The notes: generated from the letters alone by a model not told the origin. 58,190 nt of DNA from Escherichia coli (GCF_003334255.1 NZ_QOWU01000031.1), one strand, 5' to 3'; counted from the first letter of the stretch, positions 43,557 through 58,092 are shown. Program-made: numbers and translations.

Positions 43557-44999
43557 TTAAGCGGGTAATGTGATAACAAACCTTGTCCCCCGCGCATCCG
43601 ACGTTACCGCAACCGTGCCTTTATGCGCGACAACAATCGATTTCACTATCGCCAGGCCAATACCGCTACCTTCACCTTTTCGCTGGCGGGAGGGGTCAAC
43701 GCGATAGAAACGGTCAAACAATCGCGGTAAGTGCTCGGGCGCAATGGGCGTACCGGGGTTTTCGACGATAACTTGCACCAGGTGATCGACCGTCTGACAG
43801 CGCACTACAATTGTCTCTCCGGTTGGCGTATAACGCAGGGCGTTCGAAAGCAGGTTGCTTAGCGCCCGACGCAGCATCAGCGGATCGCCCGCGACCTGAC
43901 ACTTGTCGCCAACAAACCGCAACTCCACGCCGCGATCTTCCGCTAACGCCTCGAAAAAATCGAACACTTTGCCGACTTCATCCGCCAGGTTGAGCATTTT
44001 CTTTTCGGGGATTAGCTGGTTGTTATCGGCCTGAGCGAGAAACAGCATATCGCTGACCATTTTCGCCATTCGCGTCAGCTCTTCGAGATTAGAGTAGAGC
44101 ACATCTTCCAGCTCCTTCTGGCTGCGCGACTGGCTGAGGGCGATTTCGGTTTGCGTTATGAGATTCGTAATTGGTGTGCGAATTTCGTGAGCGATATCCG
44201 CTGAGAAATTGGACTGGCGGGTAAAGACATCCTCAATACGCTCGATCATATGGTTGAACGACAGTACCAGCTGTTCCAGCTCAATGGGCACGGTCTGCGG
44301 GTCAAGGCGAACGTCGAGATCTTTCGAGGTAATATTCTGGATTTGACGGCTGACGCTGCGGATCGGCGCGTGACCTTTATGTACCGCCAACAGCACGATA
44401 AAGACGATCAGGATGCTGATTACCGATGCGGTCATAATAAGTTTATTCATCAAATCATTTATGTAATGAAGATGAAAATCGATCGAAAGCGCGATGTAGA
44501 GCGTATAAATCGGTTTGCCGTCAACCAGCGGGCCAACCGGTAAGTTAATCATCCGCCAGTTGCTGTGTTCCATATGCCCGTGACCGTGCCCTGGCATCAT
44601 AATCGTCGGGCCGGAAAGGAGATACACCTCGCCGCCCCGCGCGTCTTTATCGGGTATGGCGTCACGCGTAAACTCGCGGATATCGGGCGCACCGGGGGAG
44701 TGATACACCGTTTTACCCTGACTATCTGCCAGGGAAATCAACACATTGGAATAACCACTGACGATATCTTCCAGCGTCATTAAGCGTCGGGCTTGCGTTT
44801 CGTCAGGGTGATTTAGTACCCGTTCAAGGGTGGCGCTAATCTCTTTTAAATCATTAATATCCTGCTCGGCAAAATGCACTTTTACTGAGTGGATCATGAT
44901 CCATGCAAAGGCGAAAAACGCCGCGATGGTGGCCAGGCTGATAAAAAAGGTCAGGCGGGTTGCCAGCGAAAACGGGCGCTGAAATGGCTTACTGACCAT
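43557..44999 (-). CDS. cusS: Copper/silver-sensing histidine kinase
   Basis: 480 aa from the internal Met ([10 protein letters not shown]...). Two TM segments, HisKA H-box ([10 protein letters not shown]) and HATPase domain. Confidence 0.9.
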
Positions 45000-45672
45000 C
45001 CGGCACCTCAAGCATGTAACCCACGCCGCGCACGGTTTGAATCAGCTTCGGCTCAAAGTCGTTGTCGATTTTGCCGCGTAGCCGCTTCACCGCCACATCA
45101 ATGGCGTTAGTGTCGCTGTCGAAATTCATGTCCCATACCTGCGAGGCGATAAGCGAGCGGGGCAGCACTTCGCCCTGATGGCGAAGGAAAAACTCCAGCA
45201 GAGTAAATTCTTTACTGGTCAGAGTGATGCGCGTGCCGCTGCGGGTGACTTTGCGGCTGACGAGATCGACCATCAGATCGGCAACCTGAAACTGACTTTC
45301 GATAATCACCGCCGCCCCGCGCCGCAGGAGAGTGCGCACCCGCGCCAGCAGTTCAGCAAAAGCGAACGGCTTCACCAGATAGTCATCGGCCCCCAACTCC
45401 AGCCCCTTGACGCGATGTTCAATGGTGCCAAGCGCGGTAAGCAACAGAATCGGCATCCCTTTATTGGCGGAGCGCAACATGCGCACGATATCCCAGCCGT
45501 TCACGTCCGGCAGCATAATATCGAGGATTATCAGGTCATAATCTCCGGTCATCGCCAGATGGTAGCCATTCAGCCCGTTGTCGGCCAAATCGACCACAAA
45601 ACCGGCTTCGGTTAACCCTTTGGTCAAGTATTCTCCGGTTTTCTTTTCATCTTCGACAATCAGCAGTTTCAT
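44989..45672 (-). CDS. cusR: OmpR-family response regulator
   Basis: 227-aa ORF (MKLLIVEDE...) with receiver and winged-helix domains; overlaps the cusS start. Confidence 0.9.
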
Positions 45673-45737
45673 ATTTCCTCCACATGTTGCCCGGGCAATT
45701 CTAGAGTAGCGGGATCAGATGGCAATCGCTTATTGGC

Positions 45738-45759
45738 AAAATGACAATTTTGTCATTTT
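45738..45759. promoter_or_regulatory. CusR box: perfect palindrome AAAATGACAATTTTGTCATTTT in the cusR-cusC divergent promoter region
   Basis: 22-bp perfect inverted repeat seen directly, placed between the divergent cusRS and cusCFBA operons. Confidence 0.8.
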
Positions 45760-45828
45760 CCTGTCACCGGAAAATCAGAGGCTGGCGAGTAAAGTTGGCG
45801 GCATAAAATCACCAGAAATTATGAGCCT

Positions 45829-47208
45829 ATGTCTCCTTGTAAACTTCTGCCATTTTGTGTGGCCCTTGCGCTAACCGGTTGTTCACTGGCACCGGATTAT
45901 CAGCGCCCGGCAATGCCCGTACCGCAGCAGTTCTCACTCAGCCAGAACGGCCTCGTTAACGCAGCAGATAACTATCAGAACGCGGGCTGGCGCACCTTTT
46001 TTGTTGATAATCAGGTGAAGACGCTGATTAGCGAGGCGCTGGTGAATAACCGGGATTTGCGCATGGCGACGCTGAAAGTGCAGGAGGCACGGGCGCAATA
46101 TCGTCTGACTGATGCCGACCGCTACCCACAGCTCAATGGCGAGGGCAGCGGCAGCTGGAGCGGTAATCTTAAAGGGAATACCGCCACGACACGGGAGTTT
46201 TCGACCGGCCTTAACGCCAGCCTTGACCTCGATTTTTTCGGTCGCTTAAAGAACATGAGCGAAGCCGAGCGACAAAATTATTTAGCCACTGAGGAAGCTC
46301 AGCGCGCGGTGCATATTCTGCTGGTTTCTAATGTCGCGCAAAGCTATTTCAATCAGCAACTGGCGTATGCGCAATTGCAAATAGCCGAAGAAACGCTGCG
46401 TAATTATCAGCAGTCATATGCGTTTGTCGAAAAACAACTGTTGACCGGTAGCAGCAATGTTCTGGCGCTGGAACAGGCTCGCGGGGTGATAGAAAGTACC
46501 CGCAGTGACATCGCTAAACGTCAGGGGGAACTGGCGCAGGCGAATAATGCATTGCAACTGTTATTGGGAAGCTACGGCAAGCTGCCGCAAGCGCAGACAG
46601 TAAACAGCGACAGTCTGCAAAGCGTTAAATTACCGGCGGGCTTGTCGTCGCAAATCTTATTGCAGCGCCCGGATATTATGGAAGCTGAACACGCGTTAAT
46701 GGCGGCTAATGCCAATATTGGTGCTGCGCGTGCGGCATTTTTCCCGTCTATCAGCCTGACCAGCGGAATATCGACCGCCAGCAGCGATCTGTCGTCATTA
46801 TTTAACGCCAGCAGCGGGATGTGGAATTTTATACCCAAAATTGAGATCCCCATTTTTAATGCCGGACGCAACCAGGCCAATCTGGATATCGCCGAAATTC
46901 GCCAGCAGCAGTCGGTAGTGAATTATGAACAGAAAATCCAGAACGCCTTTAAAGAAGTGGCAGATGCGCTGGCATTACGTCAAAGCCTGAACGATCAAAT
47001 CAGCGCCCAGCAGCGTTATCTGGCGTCGCTGCAAATTACTTTGCAACGGGCGCGGGCATTATATCAGCACGGCGCGGTAAGTTATCTGGAAGTGCTGGAT
47101 GCCGAGCGTTCTTTATTTGCAACCCGACAAACCTTACTTGACCTGAATTATGCCCGTCAGGTCAACGAAATTTCTTTATATACCGCACTTGGTGGCGGTT
47201 GGCAGTAG
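45829..47208 (+). CDS. cusC: Outer-membrane efflux lipoprotein (TolC family) of the Cus system
   Basis: 459-aa ORF; lipoprotein signal with lipobox LTGC; synteny. Confidence 0.9.
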   Translation: MSPCKLLPFCVALALTGCSLAPDYQRPAMPVPQQFSLSQNGLVNAADNYQNAGWRTFFVDNQVKTLISEALVNNRDLRMATLKVQEARAQYRLTDADRYPQLNGEGSGSWSGNLKGNTATTREFSTGLNASLDLDFFGRLKNMSEAERQNYLATEEAQRAVHILLVSNVAQSYFNQQLAYAQLQIAEETLRNYQQSYAFVEKQLLTGSSNVLALEQARGVIESTRSDIAKRQGELAQANNALQLLLGSYGKLPQAQTVNSDSLQSVKLPAGLSSQILLQRPDIMEAEHALMAANANIGAARAAFFPSISLTSGISTASSDLSSLFNASSGMWNFIPKIEIPIFNAGRNQANLDIAEIRQQQSVVNYEQKIQNAFKEVADALALRQSLNDQISAQQRYLASLQITLQRARALYQHGAVSYLEVLDAERSLFATRQTLLDLNYARQVNEISLYTALGGGWQ

Positions 47209-47234
47209 TAATTTTTAACTCCAGGAGAGAATAA

Positions 47235-47567
47235 ATGAAAAAAGCACTGCAAGTCGCAATGTTCAGTCTGTTTACCGTTATTGGCTTTAATGCCCAGGCT
47301 AACGAACATCATCATGAAACCATGAGCGAAGTACAACCGCAGGTTATTAGCGCCACTGGCGTGGTAAAAGGTGTTGATCTGGAAAGCAAAAAAATCACCA
47401 TCCATCACGATCCGATTGCTGCCGTGAACTGGCCGGAGATGACCATGCGCTTTACCATCACCCCGCAGACGAAAATGAGTGAAATTAAAACCGGCGACAA
47501 AGTGGCGTTTAATTTTGTCCAGCAGGGCAACCTTTCTTTATTACAGGATATTAAAGTCAGCCAGTAA
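47235..47567 (+). CDS. cusF: Periplasmic copper/silver chaperone
   Basis: 110-aa ORF with signal peptide and His/Met-rich metal site. Confidence 0.9.
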   Translation: MKKALQVAMFSLFTVIGFNAQANEHHHETMSEVQPQVISATGVVKGVDLESKKITIHHDPIAAVNWPEMTMRFTITPQTKMSEIKTGDKVAFNFVQQGNLSLLQDIKVSQ

Positions 47568-47582
47568 CCCAGGTTTAATGAT

Positions 47583-48806
47583 ATGAAAAAAATCGCGCTT
47601 ATTATCGGCAGCATGATCGCGGGCGGTATTATTTCTGCGGCAGGTTTTAACTGGTTTGCAAAGGCTGAACCGCCCGCAGAAAAAACGTCGACCGCAGAAC
47701 GTAAAGTCTTATTCTGGTACGACCCGATGTATCCCAATACGCGGTTCGATAAACCAGGTAAATCGCCGTTTATGGATATGGATCTGGTGCCGAAATATGC
47801 CGATGAAGAGAGTTCTGCGTCTGGTGTGCGCATTGACCCGACTCAGACGCAGAATCTGGGGGTGAAAACGGCTACCGTCACGCGCGGGCCGCTGACTTTT
47901 GCCCAGAGTTTCCCGGCGAATGTCAGTTACAACGAGTATCAGTATGCCATTGTGCAGGCTCGCGCTGCCGGGTTTATCGACAAGGTGTATCCGCTTACCG
48001 TGGGCGATAAAGTGCAAAAGGGCACACCGCTTCTCGACCTGACCATTCCCGACTGGGTGGAAGCGCAGAGTGAGTATTTACTGCTGCGCGAAACCGGCGG
48101 TACGGCGACCCAGACTGAAGGCATTCTTGAGCGGCTGCGACTGGCGGGAATGCCGGAGGCGGATATTCGCCGCCTGATCGCCACGCAAAAAATCCAGACT
48201 CGCTTTACGCTCAAAGCGCCCATTGATGGCGTGATCACCGCGTTTGATCTGCGCGCGGGAATGAATATCGCCAAAGATAACGTGGTCGCGAAAATTCAGG
48301 GTATGGACCCGGTGTGGGTCACTGCTGCGATCCCGGAGTCCATCGCCTGGCTGGTGAAAGATGCCTCGCAGTTTACGCTCACCGTTCCGGCGCGACCTGA
48401 TAAAACACTCACCATCCGCAAATGGACCCTGCTACCCGGCGTGGATGCCGCGACCCGCACGCTACAACTGCGTCTGGAAGTCGACAACGCCGACGAGGCG
48501 CTAAAACCAGGCATGAACGCCTGGTTGCAACTCAATACCGCCAGCGAACCGATGCTGCTCATTCCGTCACAGGCGCTGATTGATACCGGCAACGAACAGC
48601 GGGTGATTACCGTTGATGCCGACGGGCGCTTTGTACCGAAACGCGTTGCCGTTTTCCAGGCATCGCAAGGTGTCACCGCATTACGCTCTGGTCTGGCGGA
48701 AGGTGAAAAGGTGGTTTCCAGCGGCCTGTTCCTGATTGATTCCGAAGCCAATATTTCTGGCGCACTGGAGCGGATGCGCTCTGAAAGTGCTACCCATGCG
48801 CATTGA
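47583..48806 (+). CDS. cusB: Membrane fusion protein of the Cus RND efflux system
   Basis: 407-aa ORF; synteny. Confidence 0.9.
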   Translation: MKKIALIIGSMIAGGIISAAGFNWFAKAEPPAEKTSTAERKVLFWYDPMYPNTRFDKPGKSPFMDMDLVPKYADEESSASGVRIDPTQTQNLGVKTATVTRGPLTFAQSFPANVSYNEYQYAIVQARAAGFIDKVYPLTVGDKVQKGTPLLDLTIPDWVEAQSEYLLLRETGGTATQTEGILERLRLAGMPEADIRRLIATQKIQTRFTLKAPIDGVITAFDLRAGMNIAKDNVVAKIQGMDPVWVTAAIPESIAWLVKDASQFTLTVPARPDKTLTIRKWTLLPGVDAATRTLQLRLEVDNADEALKPGMNAWLQLNTASEPMLLIPSQALIDTGNEQRVITVDADGRFVPKRVAVFQASQGVTALRSGLAEGEKVVSSGLFLIDSEANISGALERMRSESATHAH

Positions 48807-48817
48807 GGGAATAACCA

Positions 48818-51800
48818 ATGATTGAATGGATTATTCGTCGCTCGGTGGCGAACCGTTTTCTGGTGCTGATGGGCGCGTTATTTCTGAGTATCTGGGGCAC
48901 CTGGACCATCATTAACACGCCAGTGGATGCGCTGCCGGATCTCTCCGATGTGCAGGTGATTATTAAAACCAGCTATCCCGGCCAGGCACCGCAAATCGTT
49001 GAAAATCAGGTGACTTATCCGCTAACCACCACCATGTTGTCGGTGCCTGGCGCGAAGACTGTGCGTGGTTTCTCGCAGTTTGGCGACTCTTATGTGTATG
49101 TCATTTTCGAAGATGGTACCGATCCGTACTGGGCGCGTTCGCGGGTGCTGGAATACCTCAACCAGGTACAGGGTAAGCTGCCTGCGGGAGTCAGCGCCGA
49201 GCTGGGGCCAGATGCCACGGGTGTTGGCTGGATCTATGAATATGCACTGGTGGATCGCAGCGGTAAGCACGATCTGGCCGATTTACGCTCATTGCAGGAC
49301 TGGTTTCTCAAATATGAGCTAAAAACCATCCCTGACGTTGCGGAAGTGGCGTCGGTGGGCGGTGTGGTGAAAGAGTATCAGGTGGTTATCGATCCTCAGC
49401 GCCTGGCACAGTATGGCATCAGTCTAGCCGAAGTAAAAAGCGCGCTGGATGCTTCAAACCAGGAAGCGGGCGGTTCGTCGATCGAACTGGCGGAAGCGGA
49501 ATATATGGTGCGCGCCAGCGGCTATCTGCAAACGCTCGACGACTTTAATCACATCGTTTTAAAAGCCAGTGAAAATGGCGTGCCTGTTTATCTGCGTGAT
49601 GTTGCGAAGGTCCAGATTGGACCGGAAATGCGCCGGGGCATTGCCGAACTGAACGGCGAAGGCGAAGTGGCAGGCGGGGTGGTGATCCTGCGCTCCGGCA
49701 AAAACGCCCGTGAAGTGATCGCCGCCGTGAAGGACAAACTGGAAACGCTGAAAAGTAGTCTGCCGGAAGGCGTGGAGATAGTTACAACATACGATCGCAG
49801 CCAGCTCATTGACCGCGCCATCGACAACCTCAGCGGCAAGTTGCTGGAAGAGTTTATTGTGGTGGCGGTAGTCTGTGCGCTGTTTCTCTGGCATGTGCGC
49901 TCGGCGCTGGTGGCGATTATTTCGTTGCCGCTGGGGTTGTGTATTGCTTTTATTGTCATGCACTTCCAGGGACTGAATGCCAATATTATGTCGTTGGGTG
50001 GCATTGCGATTGCCGTCGGGGCGATGGTCGATGCTGCTATCGTCATGATCGAGAATGCGCATAAACGGCTGGAAGAGTGGCAGCACCAGCATCCTGACGC
50101 CACGCTGGATAATAAAACGCGCTGGCAGGTGATCACCGATGCGTCTGTTGAAGTGGGTCCGGCGTTGTTTATCAGTCTGCTGATTATCACGTTGTCGTTT
50201 ATCCCGATCTTCACCCTGGAAGGGCAGGAAGGGCGTCTGTTTGGCCCGCTGGCGTTCACTAAAACCTATGCGATGGCGGGCGCGGCGCTGCTGGCGATCG
50301 TAGTGATCCCGATCCTGATGGGCTACTGGATCCGTGGCAAAATTCCGCCGGAAAGCAGTAACCCGCTCAATCGCTTTTTGATTCGTGTTTATCATCCTCT
50401 ATTGCTGAAAGTACTGCACTGGCCGAAAACCACGCTGTTGGTGGCAGCGCTTTCGGTGCTGACGGTTCTCTGGCCGCTCAATAAAGTTGGCGGGGAATTT
50501 TTACCGCAGATCAATGAAGGCGACTTGTTGTATATGCCATCGACGCTGCCGGGGATTTCCGCAGCAGAGGCGGCGAGTATGCTGCAAAAAACCGACAAGC
50601 TAATTATGAGCGAACCTGAAGTGGCGCGGGTATTTGGCAAAACCGGGAAAGCGGAAACCGCCACCGATTCTGCTCCGCTGGAGATGGTAGAAACGACCAT
50701 CCAGCTTAAGCCGCAGGAGCAGTGGCGGCCAGGCATGACGATGGACAAAATCATTGAGGAACTGGATAACACCGTGCGTCTGCCGGGGCTGGCGAATCTG
50801 TGGGTGCCGCCAATTCGTAACCGTATCGATATGCTCTCAACCGGCATTAAAAGCCCCATCGGCATTAAAGTTTCCGGCACTGTGCTGGCGGATATCGACG
50901 CGATGGCGGAGCAAATTGAAGAAGTGGCACGAACGGTGCCAGGCGTAGCTTCTGCGCTTGCCGAGCGGCTGGAAGGTGGGCGCTATATCAACGTTGAGAT
51001 TAACCGTGAAAAAGCCGCACGTTACGGTATGACGGTGGCGGATGTGCAGTTGTTTGTGACTTCTGCGGTGGGCGGGGCGATGGTTGGCGAAACGGTGGAA
51101 GGGATTGCCCGTTATCCAATTAATCTGCGTTATCCGCAAAGCTGGCGCGATAGTCCGCAGGCACTGCGCCAGTTGCCGATCCTGACGCCGATGAAGCAGC
51201 AAATCACCCTGGCAGACGTGGCCGACGTTAAAGTCTCTACCGGACCGTCGATGCTGAAAACCGAGAATGCGCGCCCGACGAGCTGGATTTATATCGATGC
51301 CCGCGATCGTGACATGGTGTCGGTGGTTCACGATTTGCAAAAAGCGATAGCTGAAAAAGTGCAGTTAAAACCAGGCACCAGCGTGGCGTTTTCCGGGCAG
51401 TTCGAGTTGCTGGAGCGCGCCAACCATAAGCTGAAACTCATGGTGCCGATGACGCTGATGATCATCTTCGTGCTGTTGTATCTGGCGTTCCGTCGGGGGG
51501 GCGAAGCGTTGCTGATTATCAGCAGCGTACCGTTTGCGCTGGTGGGCGGCATCTGGTTGCTGTGGTGGATGGGCTTTCATCTTTCCGTGGCGACGGGCAC
51601 TGGCTTTATCGCCCTCGCCGGGGTCGCCGCCGAATTTGGCGTGGTGATGCTGATGTATTTACGTCACGCCATAGAGGCCGAGCCGTCGTTGAATAATCCG
51701 CAAACATTCAGTGAGCAGAAGCTGGATGAGGCGTTGTATCACGGCGCGGTACTGCGCGTGCGCCCGAAAGCGATGACGGTGGCGGTGATTATCGCCGGTC

Positions 51801-51961
51801 TGCTGCCGATTCTGTGGGGAACGGGGGCTGGTTCAGAGGTGATGAGCCGGATTGCCGCACCGATGATTGGCGGCATGATCACCGCACCTTTGCTGTCGCT
51901 GTTTATTATCCCGGCGGCGTATAAGCTGATGTGGCTGCACCGACATCGGGTACGGAAATAA
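48818..51961 (+). CDS. cusA: RND heavy-metal efflux permease
   Basis: 1047-aa ORF with 12-TM RND architecture. Confidence 0.95.
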   Translation: MIEWIIRRSVANRFLVLMGALFLSIWGTWTIINTPVDALPDLSDVQVIIKTSYPGQAPQIVENQVTYPLTTTMLSVPGAKTVRGFSQFGDSYVYVIFEDGTDPYWARSRVLEYLNQVQGKLPAGVSAELGPDATGVGWIYEYALVDRSGKHDLADLRSLQDWFLKYELKTIPDVAEVASVGGVVKEYQVVIDPQRLAQYGISLAEVKSALDASNQEAGGSSIELAEAEYMVRASGYLQTLDDFNHIVLKASENGVPVYLRDVAKVQIGPEMRRGIAELNGEGEVAGGVVILRSGKNAREVIAAVKDKLETLKSSLPEGVEIVTTYDRSQLIDRAIDNLSGKLLEEFIVVAVVCALFLWHVRSALVAIISLPLGLCIAFIVMHFQGLNANIMSLGGIAIAVGAMVDAAIVMIENAHKRLEEWQHQHPDATLDNKTRWQVITDASVEVGPALFISLLIITLSFIPIFTLEGQEGRLFGPLAFTKTYAMAGAALLAIVVIPILMGYWIRGKIPPESSNPLNRFLIRVYHPLLLKVLHWPKTTLLVAALSVLTVLWPLNKVGGEFLPQINEGDLLYMPSTLPGISAAEAASMLQKTDKLIMSEPEVARVFGKTGKAETATDSAPLEMVETTIQLKPQEQWRPGMTMDKIIEELDNTVRLPGLANLWVPPIRNRIDMLSTGIKSPIGIKVSGTVLADIDAMAEQIEEVARTVPGVASALAERLEGGRYINVEINREKAARYGMTVADVQLFVTSAVGGAMVGETVEGIARYPINLRYPQSWRDSPQALRQLPILTPMKQQITLADVADVKVSTGPSMLKTENARPTSWIYIDARDRDMVSVVHDLQKAIAEKVQLKPGTSVAFSGQFELLERANHKLKLMVPMTLMIIFVLLYLAFRRGGEALLIISSVPFALVGGIWLLWWMGFHLSVATGTGFIALAGVAAEFGVVMLMYLRHAIEAEPSLNNPQTFSEQKLDEALYHGAVLRVRPKAMTVAVIIAGLLPILWGTGAGSEVMSRIAAPMIGGMITAPLLSLFIIPAAYKLMWLHRHRVRK

Positions 51962-52062
51962 AAGCAGGATACCCCGTTTAACCGTGTGGATTGTGTCTTG
52001 CGACGATGGGCACTAAATGTTAAAAGGTGCCCCTCAACAAAAAAGACACACAGGGGAAAGGC

Positions 52063-53439
52063 GTGAAAAACGCGTCAACCGTATCGGAAGATACTGCGTC
52101 GAATCAAGAGCCGACGCTTCATCGCGGATTACATAACCGTCATATTCAACTGATTGCGCTGGGTGGCGCAATTGGTACTGGTCTGTTTCTTGGCATTGGT
52201 CCGGCGATTCAGATGGCGGGTCCGGCTGTATTGCTGGGCTACGGCGTCGCCGGGATCATCGCTTTCCTGATTATGCGCCAGCTTGGCGAGATGGTGGTCG
52301 AAGAGCCGGTATCCGGTTCATTTGCCCACTTTGCCTATAAATACTGGGGACCGTTTGCGGGCTTCCTCTCTGGCTGGAACTACTGGGTAATGTTCGTGCT
52401 GGTGGGAATGGCAGAGCTGACCGCTGCGGGCATCTATATGCAGTACTGGTTCCCGGATGTTCCAACGTGGATTTGGGCTGCCGCCTTCTTTATTATCATC
52501 AACGCCGTTAACCTGGTGAACGTGCGCTTATATGGCGAAACCGAGTTCTGGTTTGCGTTGATTAAAGTGCTGGCAATCATCGGTATGATCGGCTTTGGCC
52601 TGTGGCTGCTGTTTTCTGGTCACGGCGGCGAGAAAGCCAGTATCGACAACCTCTGGCGCTACGGTGGTTTCTTCGCCACCGGCTGGAATGGGCTGATTTT
52701 GTCGCTGGCGGTAATTATGTTCTCCTTCGGCGGTCTGGAGCTGATTGGGATTACTGCCGCTGAAGCGCGCGATCCGGAAAAAAGCATTCCAAAAGCGGTA
52801 AATCAGGTGGTGTATCGCATCCTGCTGTTTTACATCGGTTCACTGGTGGTTTTACTGGCGCTCTATCCGTGGGTGGAAGTGAAATCCAACAGTAGCCCGT
52901 TTGTGATGATTTTCCATAATCTCGACAGCAACGTGGTAGCTTCTGCGCTGAACTTCGTCATTCTGGTAGCATCGCTGTCAGTGTATAACAGCGGGGTTTA
53001 CTCTAACAGCCGCATGCTGTTTGGCCTTTCTGTGCAGGGTAATGCGCCGAAGTTTTTGACTCGCGTCAGCCGTCGCGGTGTGCCGATTAACTCGCTGATG
53101 CTTTCCGGAGCGATCACTTCGCTGGTGGTGTTAATCAACTATCTGCTGCCGCAAAAAGCGTTTGGTCTGCTGATGGCGCTGGTGGTAGCAACGCTGCTGT
53201 TGAACTGGATTATGATCTGTCTGGCGCATCTGCGTTTTCGTGCAGCGATGCGACGTCAGGGGCGTGAAACACAGTTTAAGGCGCTGCTCTATCCGTTCGG
53301 CAACTATCTCTGCATTGCCTTCCTCGGCATGATTTTGCTGCTGATGTGCACGATGGATGATATGCGCTTGTCAGCGATCCTGCTGCCGGTGTGGATTGTA
53401 TTCCTGTTTATGGCATTTAAAACGCTGCGTCGGAAATAA
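52063..53439 (+). CDS. pheP: Phenylalanine-specific permease (APC family)
   Basis: 458 aa from the GTG at 52063 (MKNASTVSED...); the track ORF from 52027 is an upstream extension. Confidence 0.85.
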   Translation: MKNASTVSEDTASNQEPTLHRGLHNRHIQLIALGGAIGTGLFLGIGPAIQMAGPAVLLGYGVAGIIAFLIMRQLGEMVVEEPVSGSFAHFAYKYWGPFAGFLSGWNYWVMFVLVGMAELTAAGIYMQYWFPDVPTWIWAAAFFIIINAVNLVNVRLYGETEFWFALIKVLAIIGMIGFGLWLLFSGHGGEKASIDNLWRYGGFFATGWNGLILSLAVIMFSFGGLELIGITAAEARDPEKSIPKAVNQVVYRILLFYIGSLVVLLALYPWVEVKSNSSPFVMIFHNLDSNVVASALNFVILVASLSVYNSGVYSNSRMLFGLSVQGNAPKFLTRVSRRGVPINSLMLSGAITSLVVLINYLLPQKAFGLLMALVVATLLLNWIMICLAHLRFRAAMRRQGRETQFKALLYPFGNYLCIAFLGMILLLMCTMDDMRLSAILLPVWIVFLFMAFKTLRRK

Positions 53440-53480
53440 GGCATTCACGCTACATCCGACAAAACGATGTCAACCATCCG

Positions 53481-53517
53481 AAACCGCTCTCATCCATTCG
53501 ATGAGAGCGGTTTTTTT
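53481..53517. terminator. Bidirectional rho-independent terminator between convergent pheP and ybdG
   Basis: Hairpin AAACCGCTCTCATC-CATTC-GATGAGAGCGGTTT flanked by an A-run and a T-run. Confidence 0.8.
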
Positions 53518-53519
53518 AA

Positions 53520-54815
<1,296 letters not shown>

Positions 54816-54874
54816 TTATGCAAATCAGGAGAATCTGAGAGGAAATAGCCGGGCAGATGCCCGGCAAGAGAGAA

Positions 54875-55528
54875 TTACACTTCGGTTAAGGTGATGTTTT
54901 GCGGCAGACGAGATTTCGGCAGCGTAGCGTTAAAATCTTCAACGCTGTGATGACCTACCGGAACAACCACCAGACTGGTGTAGCCTTTCTCTTTCAGACC
55001 AAATTCTGCATCGAGGATGGCGGCGTCAAAACCTTCGATGGGTACCGCGTCCAGACCCAGAGCCGCCACGCCGAGCAGGAAGTTACCGACGTTGAGATAA
55101 ACCTGTTTTGCCATCCACTCTGCATCATCATGCAGATCTTTACGGTGCATATCAGCGAAGAACTTGCGACCTTTATCGTTCGCGGCTTTCGCTTCCGGCG
55201 TGGCAAAGCGGCCATCGGCATCTTCCTGGTCAACAACCAGCTTCAGCCAGACATCGTCCATCGCGGTTTTTGCACAGAACACCACGACGTGCGAGGCATC
55301 AAGCATTTTACGCTCGTTGAACACGTAATTACCGGCAGCGGATTTGGCAACACGCGCTTTACCTTCTTCCGTGCTGGCAACAATAAAATGCCACGGCTGG
55401 GAGTTGGTGCTGGATGGGCTGTATTGCAGTAGCGTTTTGATCTGCTCGGCCTGTTCCGGGGTAAGTTTTTTGCTGGCATCAAATGCCTTAGTGGAATGAC
55501 GCTTTAAGGCGACAGAAATGATATCCAT
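54875..55528 (-). CDS. nfsB: Oxygen-insensitive NAD(P)H nitroreductase
   Basis: 217 aa from the internal Met ([17 protein letters not shown]...); nitroreductase family. Confidence 0.9.
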
Positions 55529-55621
55529 AAAGACTCCATGTGAAAGTAATTTTGCGTGCCAGCAGATTACAAGGTTCAACGAGAAATGGTAAGCGAGAAA
55601 AATGCGCTATAGATTTCCGCT

Positions 55622-55990
55622 TTAGCCTGGACGCACTCTTTTTTGATCGCGTTTAGCCAGACCATCAACCACCAGATTCCACGAATCGTTGATCAGATCG
55701 CGAAGTAACGCTTCGGAGATTTCTTCGCCGGGATACACTGAAATCCAGTGCTTTTTATTCATGTGATACCCTGGCTTAATGCTTGGGTATATTTGCTGAT
55801 TTAACAGGGATTTTTGTGGATCGGACTTCAGATTGATAAAGGGGACGCCGCGTAGCTCCGACGACAGCATAAAAATCTTGCCGCCAATTTTAAAAACATC
55901 GAACTCCGGGCCAAAAGGCCAGCAAAGCTCGACAAAGGGTAACTCAAGGGCCAGGCGTTTCGCCGTTTCGTGCAGTGATTGCTTATCCAT
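55622..55990 (-). CDS. ybdF: Uncharacterized small protein
   Basis: 122 aa from the internal Met ([13 protein letters not shown]...); synteny. Confidence 0.75.
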
Positions 55991-56054
55991 AAACGTTCCT
56001 TTAGGCGAAGGAGAATAAGCAAAGTATGCCGCGAAGTACGGCGATAATCGACGT

Positions 56055-56303
56055 TTAATCCGCCAGCGAGAACCAGCGTCGCCAGATAAAGCGCAGAACA
56101 AAATACTCAATAGCGCCCAGCACTAAAAACCACAGACAAAACAATAAAGTGTAAAGCTGACTAAGATCCATCAGATGGAACATGGTCACCAGTTTTTGTG
56201 CCAGCGCCAGCCCCAGTGCGGGGGCGGGCAGCAGCAGGCAAGAGAGGAAAGCCATCAGCAAAATGCCTGCTGCGGTGGTCAAGGTTTCTAAAGGGTGTTT
56301 CAT
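56055..56303 (-). CDS. ybdJ: Small membrane protein of unknown function
   Basis: 82-aa ORF with two hydrophobic helices; synteny. Confidence 0.75.
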
Positions 56304-56368
56304 AACATTGTTAAATGTAAGTTAAAACACCATTGTCAGGGATATTCTTCTGTAAGGCAATTCCCGGC

Positions 56369-57496
<1,128 letters not shown>

Positions 57497-57840
57497 TTAT
57501 GTTGGCGTTTTCTATTCAGTATAGAAGTCGGAGCGGCTGGGCGAGATGCGGAAGTTCTGGAATGTTTCTTTTTTTTGGTGATGGTGAACTGATGGTGCCT
57601 GAAGCAATTTGGCTACTTTTGCAATGTGACAAGTTATGGCAGTGCTGACTGGTGGCGAAGAATTTTGACGATTGAGTCATGCAGAAAAAAACGGGTTCAG
57701 CTTCAGTTGATTAAATGAGGAGTGAGAAGTCCGAAACAGGACTCACTGTATAAATAAACAGCTATTTTGTTGAGGAAGGGTAAGATAACGGCGGGTGCCT
57801 GAAGCTTTCCGGTTTCAGGTTTACTCTGAGGTCTGGAAAG

Positions 57841-58092
57841 ATGAAGCCCCAGGAGATATTTCTATCAACCCTGGGGCTGCCACTCCAAACCCGAACAATT
57901 TGGATGGTAGTCCCTTCTTCGCATGGAGGCAATATAAACATGCTGACGAAATATGCCCTTGCGGCAGTCATAGTGCTGTGTTTAACGGTGCTGGGATTTA
58001 CGCTTCTGGTCGGAGACTCGCTGTGTGAGTTTACGGTGAAGGAACGTAATATTGAGTTTAAGGCTGTTCTCGCTTACGAACCGAAGAAGTAG
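57841..58092 (+). CDS. mokE: mok-type overlapping leader frame of the hokE locus (modulator of killing)
   Basis: 83-aa frame that contains the whole hokE frame at its 3' end, which is the arrangement of hok/mok loci. Confidence 0.5.
   Translation: MKPQEIFLSTLGLPLQTRTIWMVVPSSHGGNINMLTKYALAAVIVLCLTVLGFTLLVGDSLCEFTVKERNIEFKAVLAYEPKK
57940..58092 (+). CDS. hokE: Hok-family type I toxin, 50-aa membrane peptide
   Basis: [50 protein letters not shown]: one TM helix plus the conserved Hok C-terminal region with Cys. Located next to ybdK as in K-12. Confidence 0.9.
   Translation: MLTKYALAAVIVLCLTVLGFTLLVGDSLCEFTVKERNIEFKAVLAYEPKK

Noticed and set aside
49559-50395. Long antisense ORFs inside cusA (278 and 223 aa on the minus strand)
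   Set aside because: They lie entirely within a strongly supported 1047-aa RND transporter gene. Their translations are Arg/His/Gln-rich and low in complexity, typical of GC-rich antisense frames, and they show no start context.
57841-57939. The 83-aa frame upstream of hokE as an independent protein-coding gene
   Set aside because: It is the overlapping mok-type leader frame characteristic of hok loci, not a separate functional protein.
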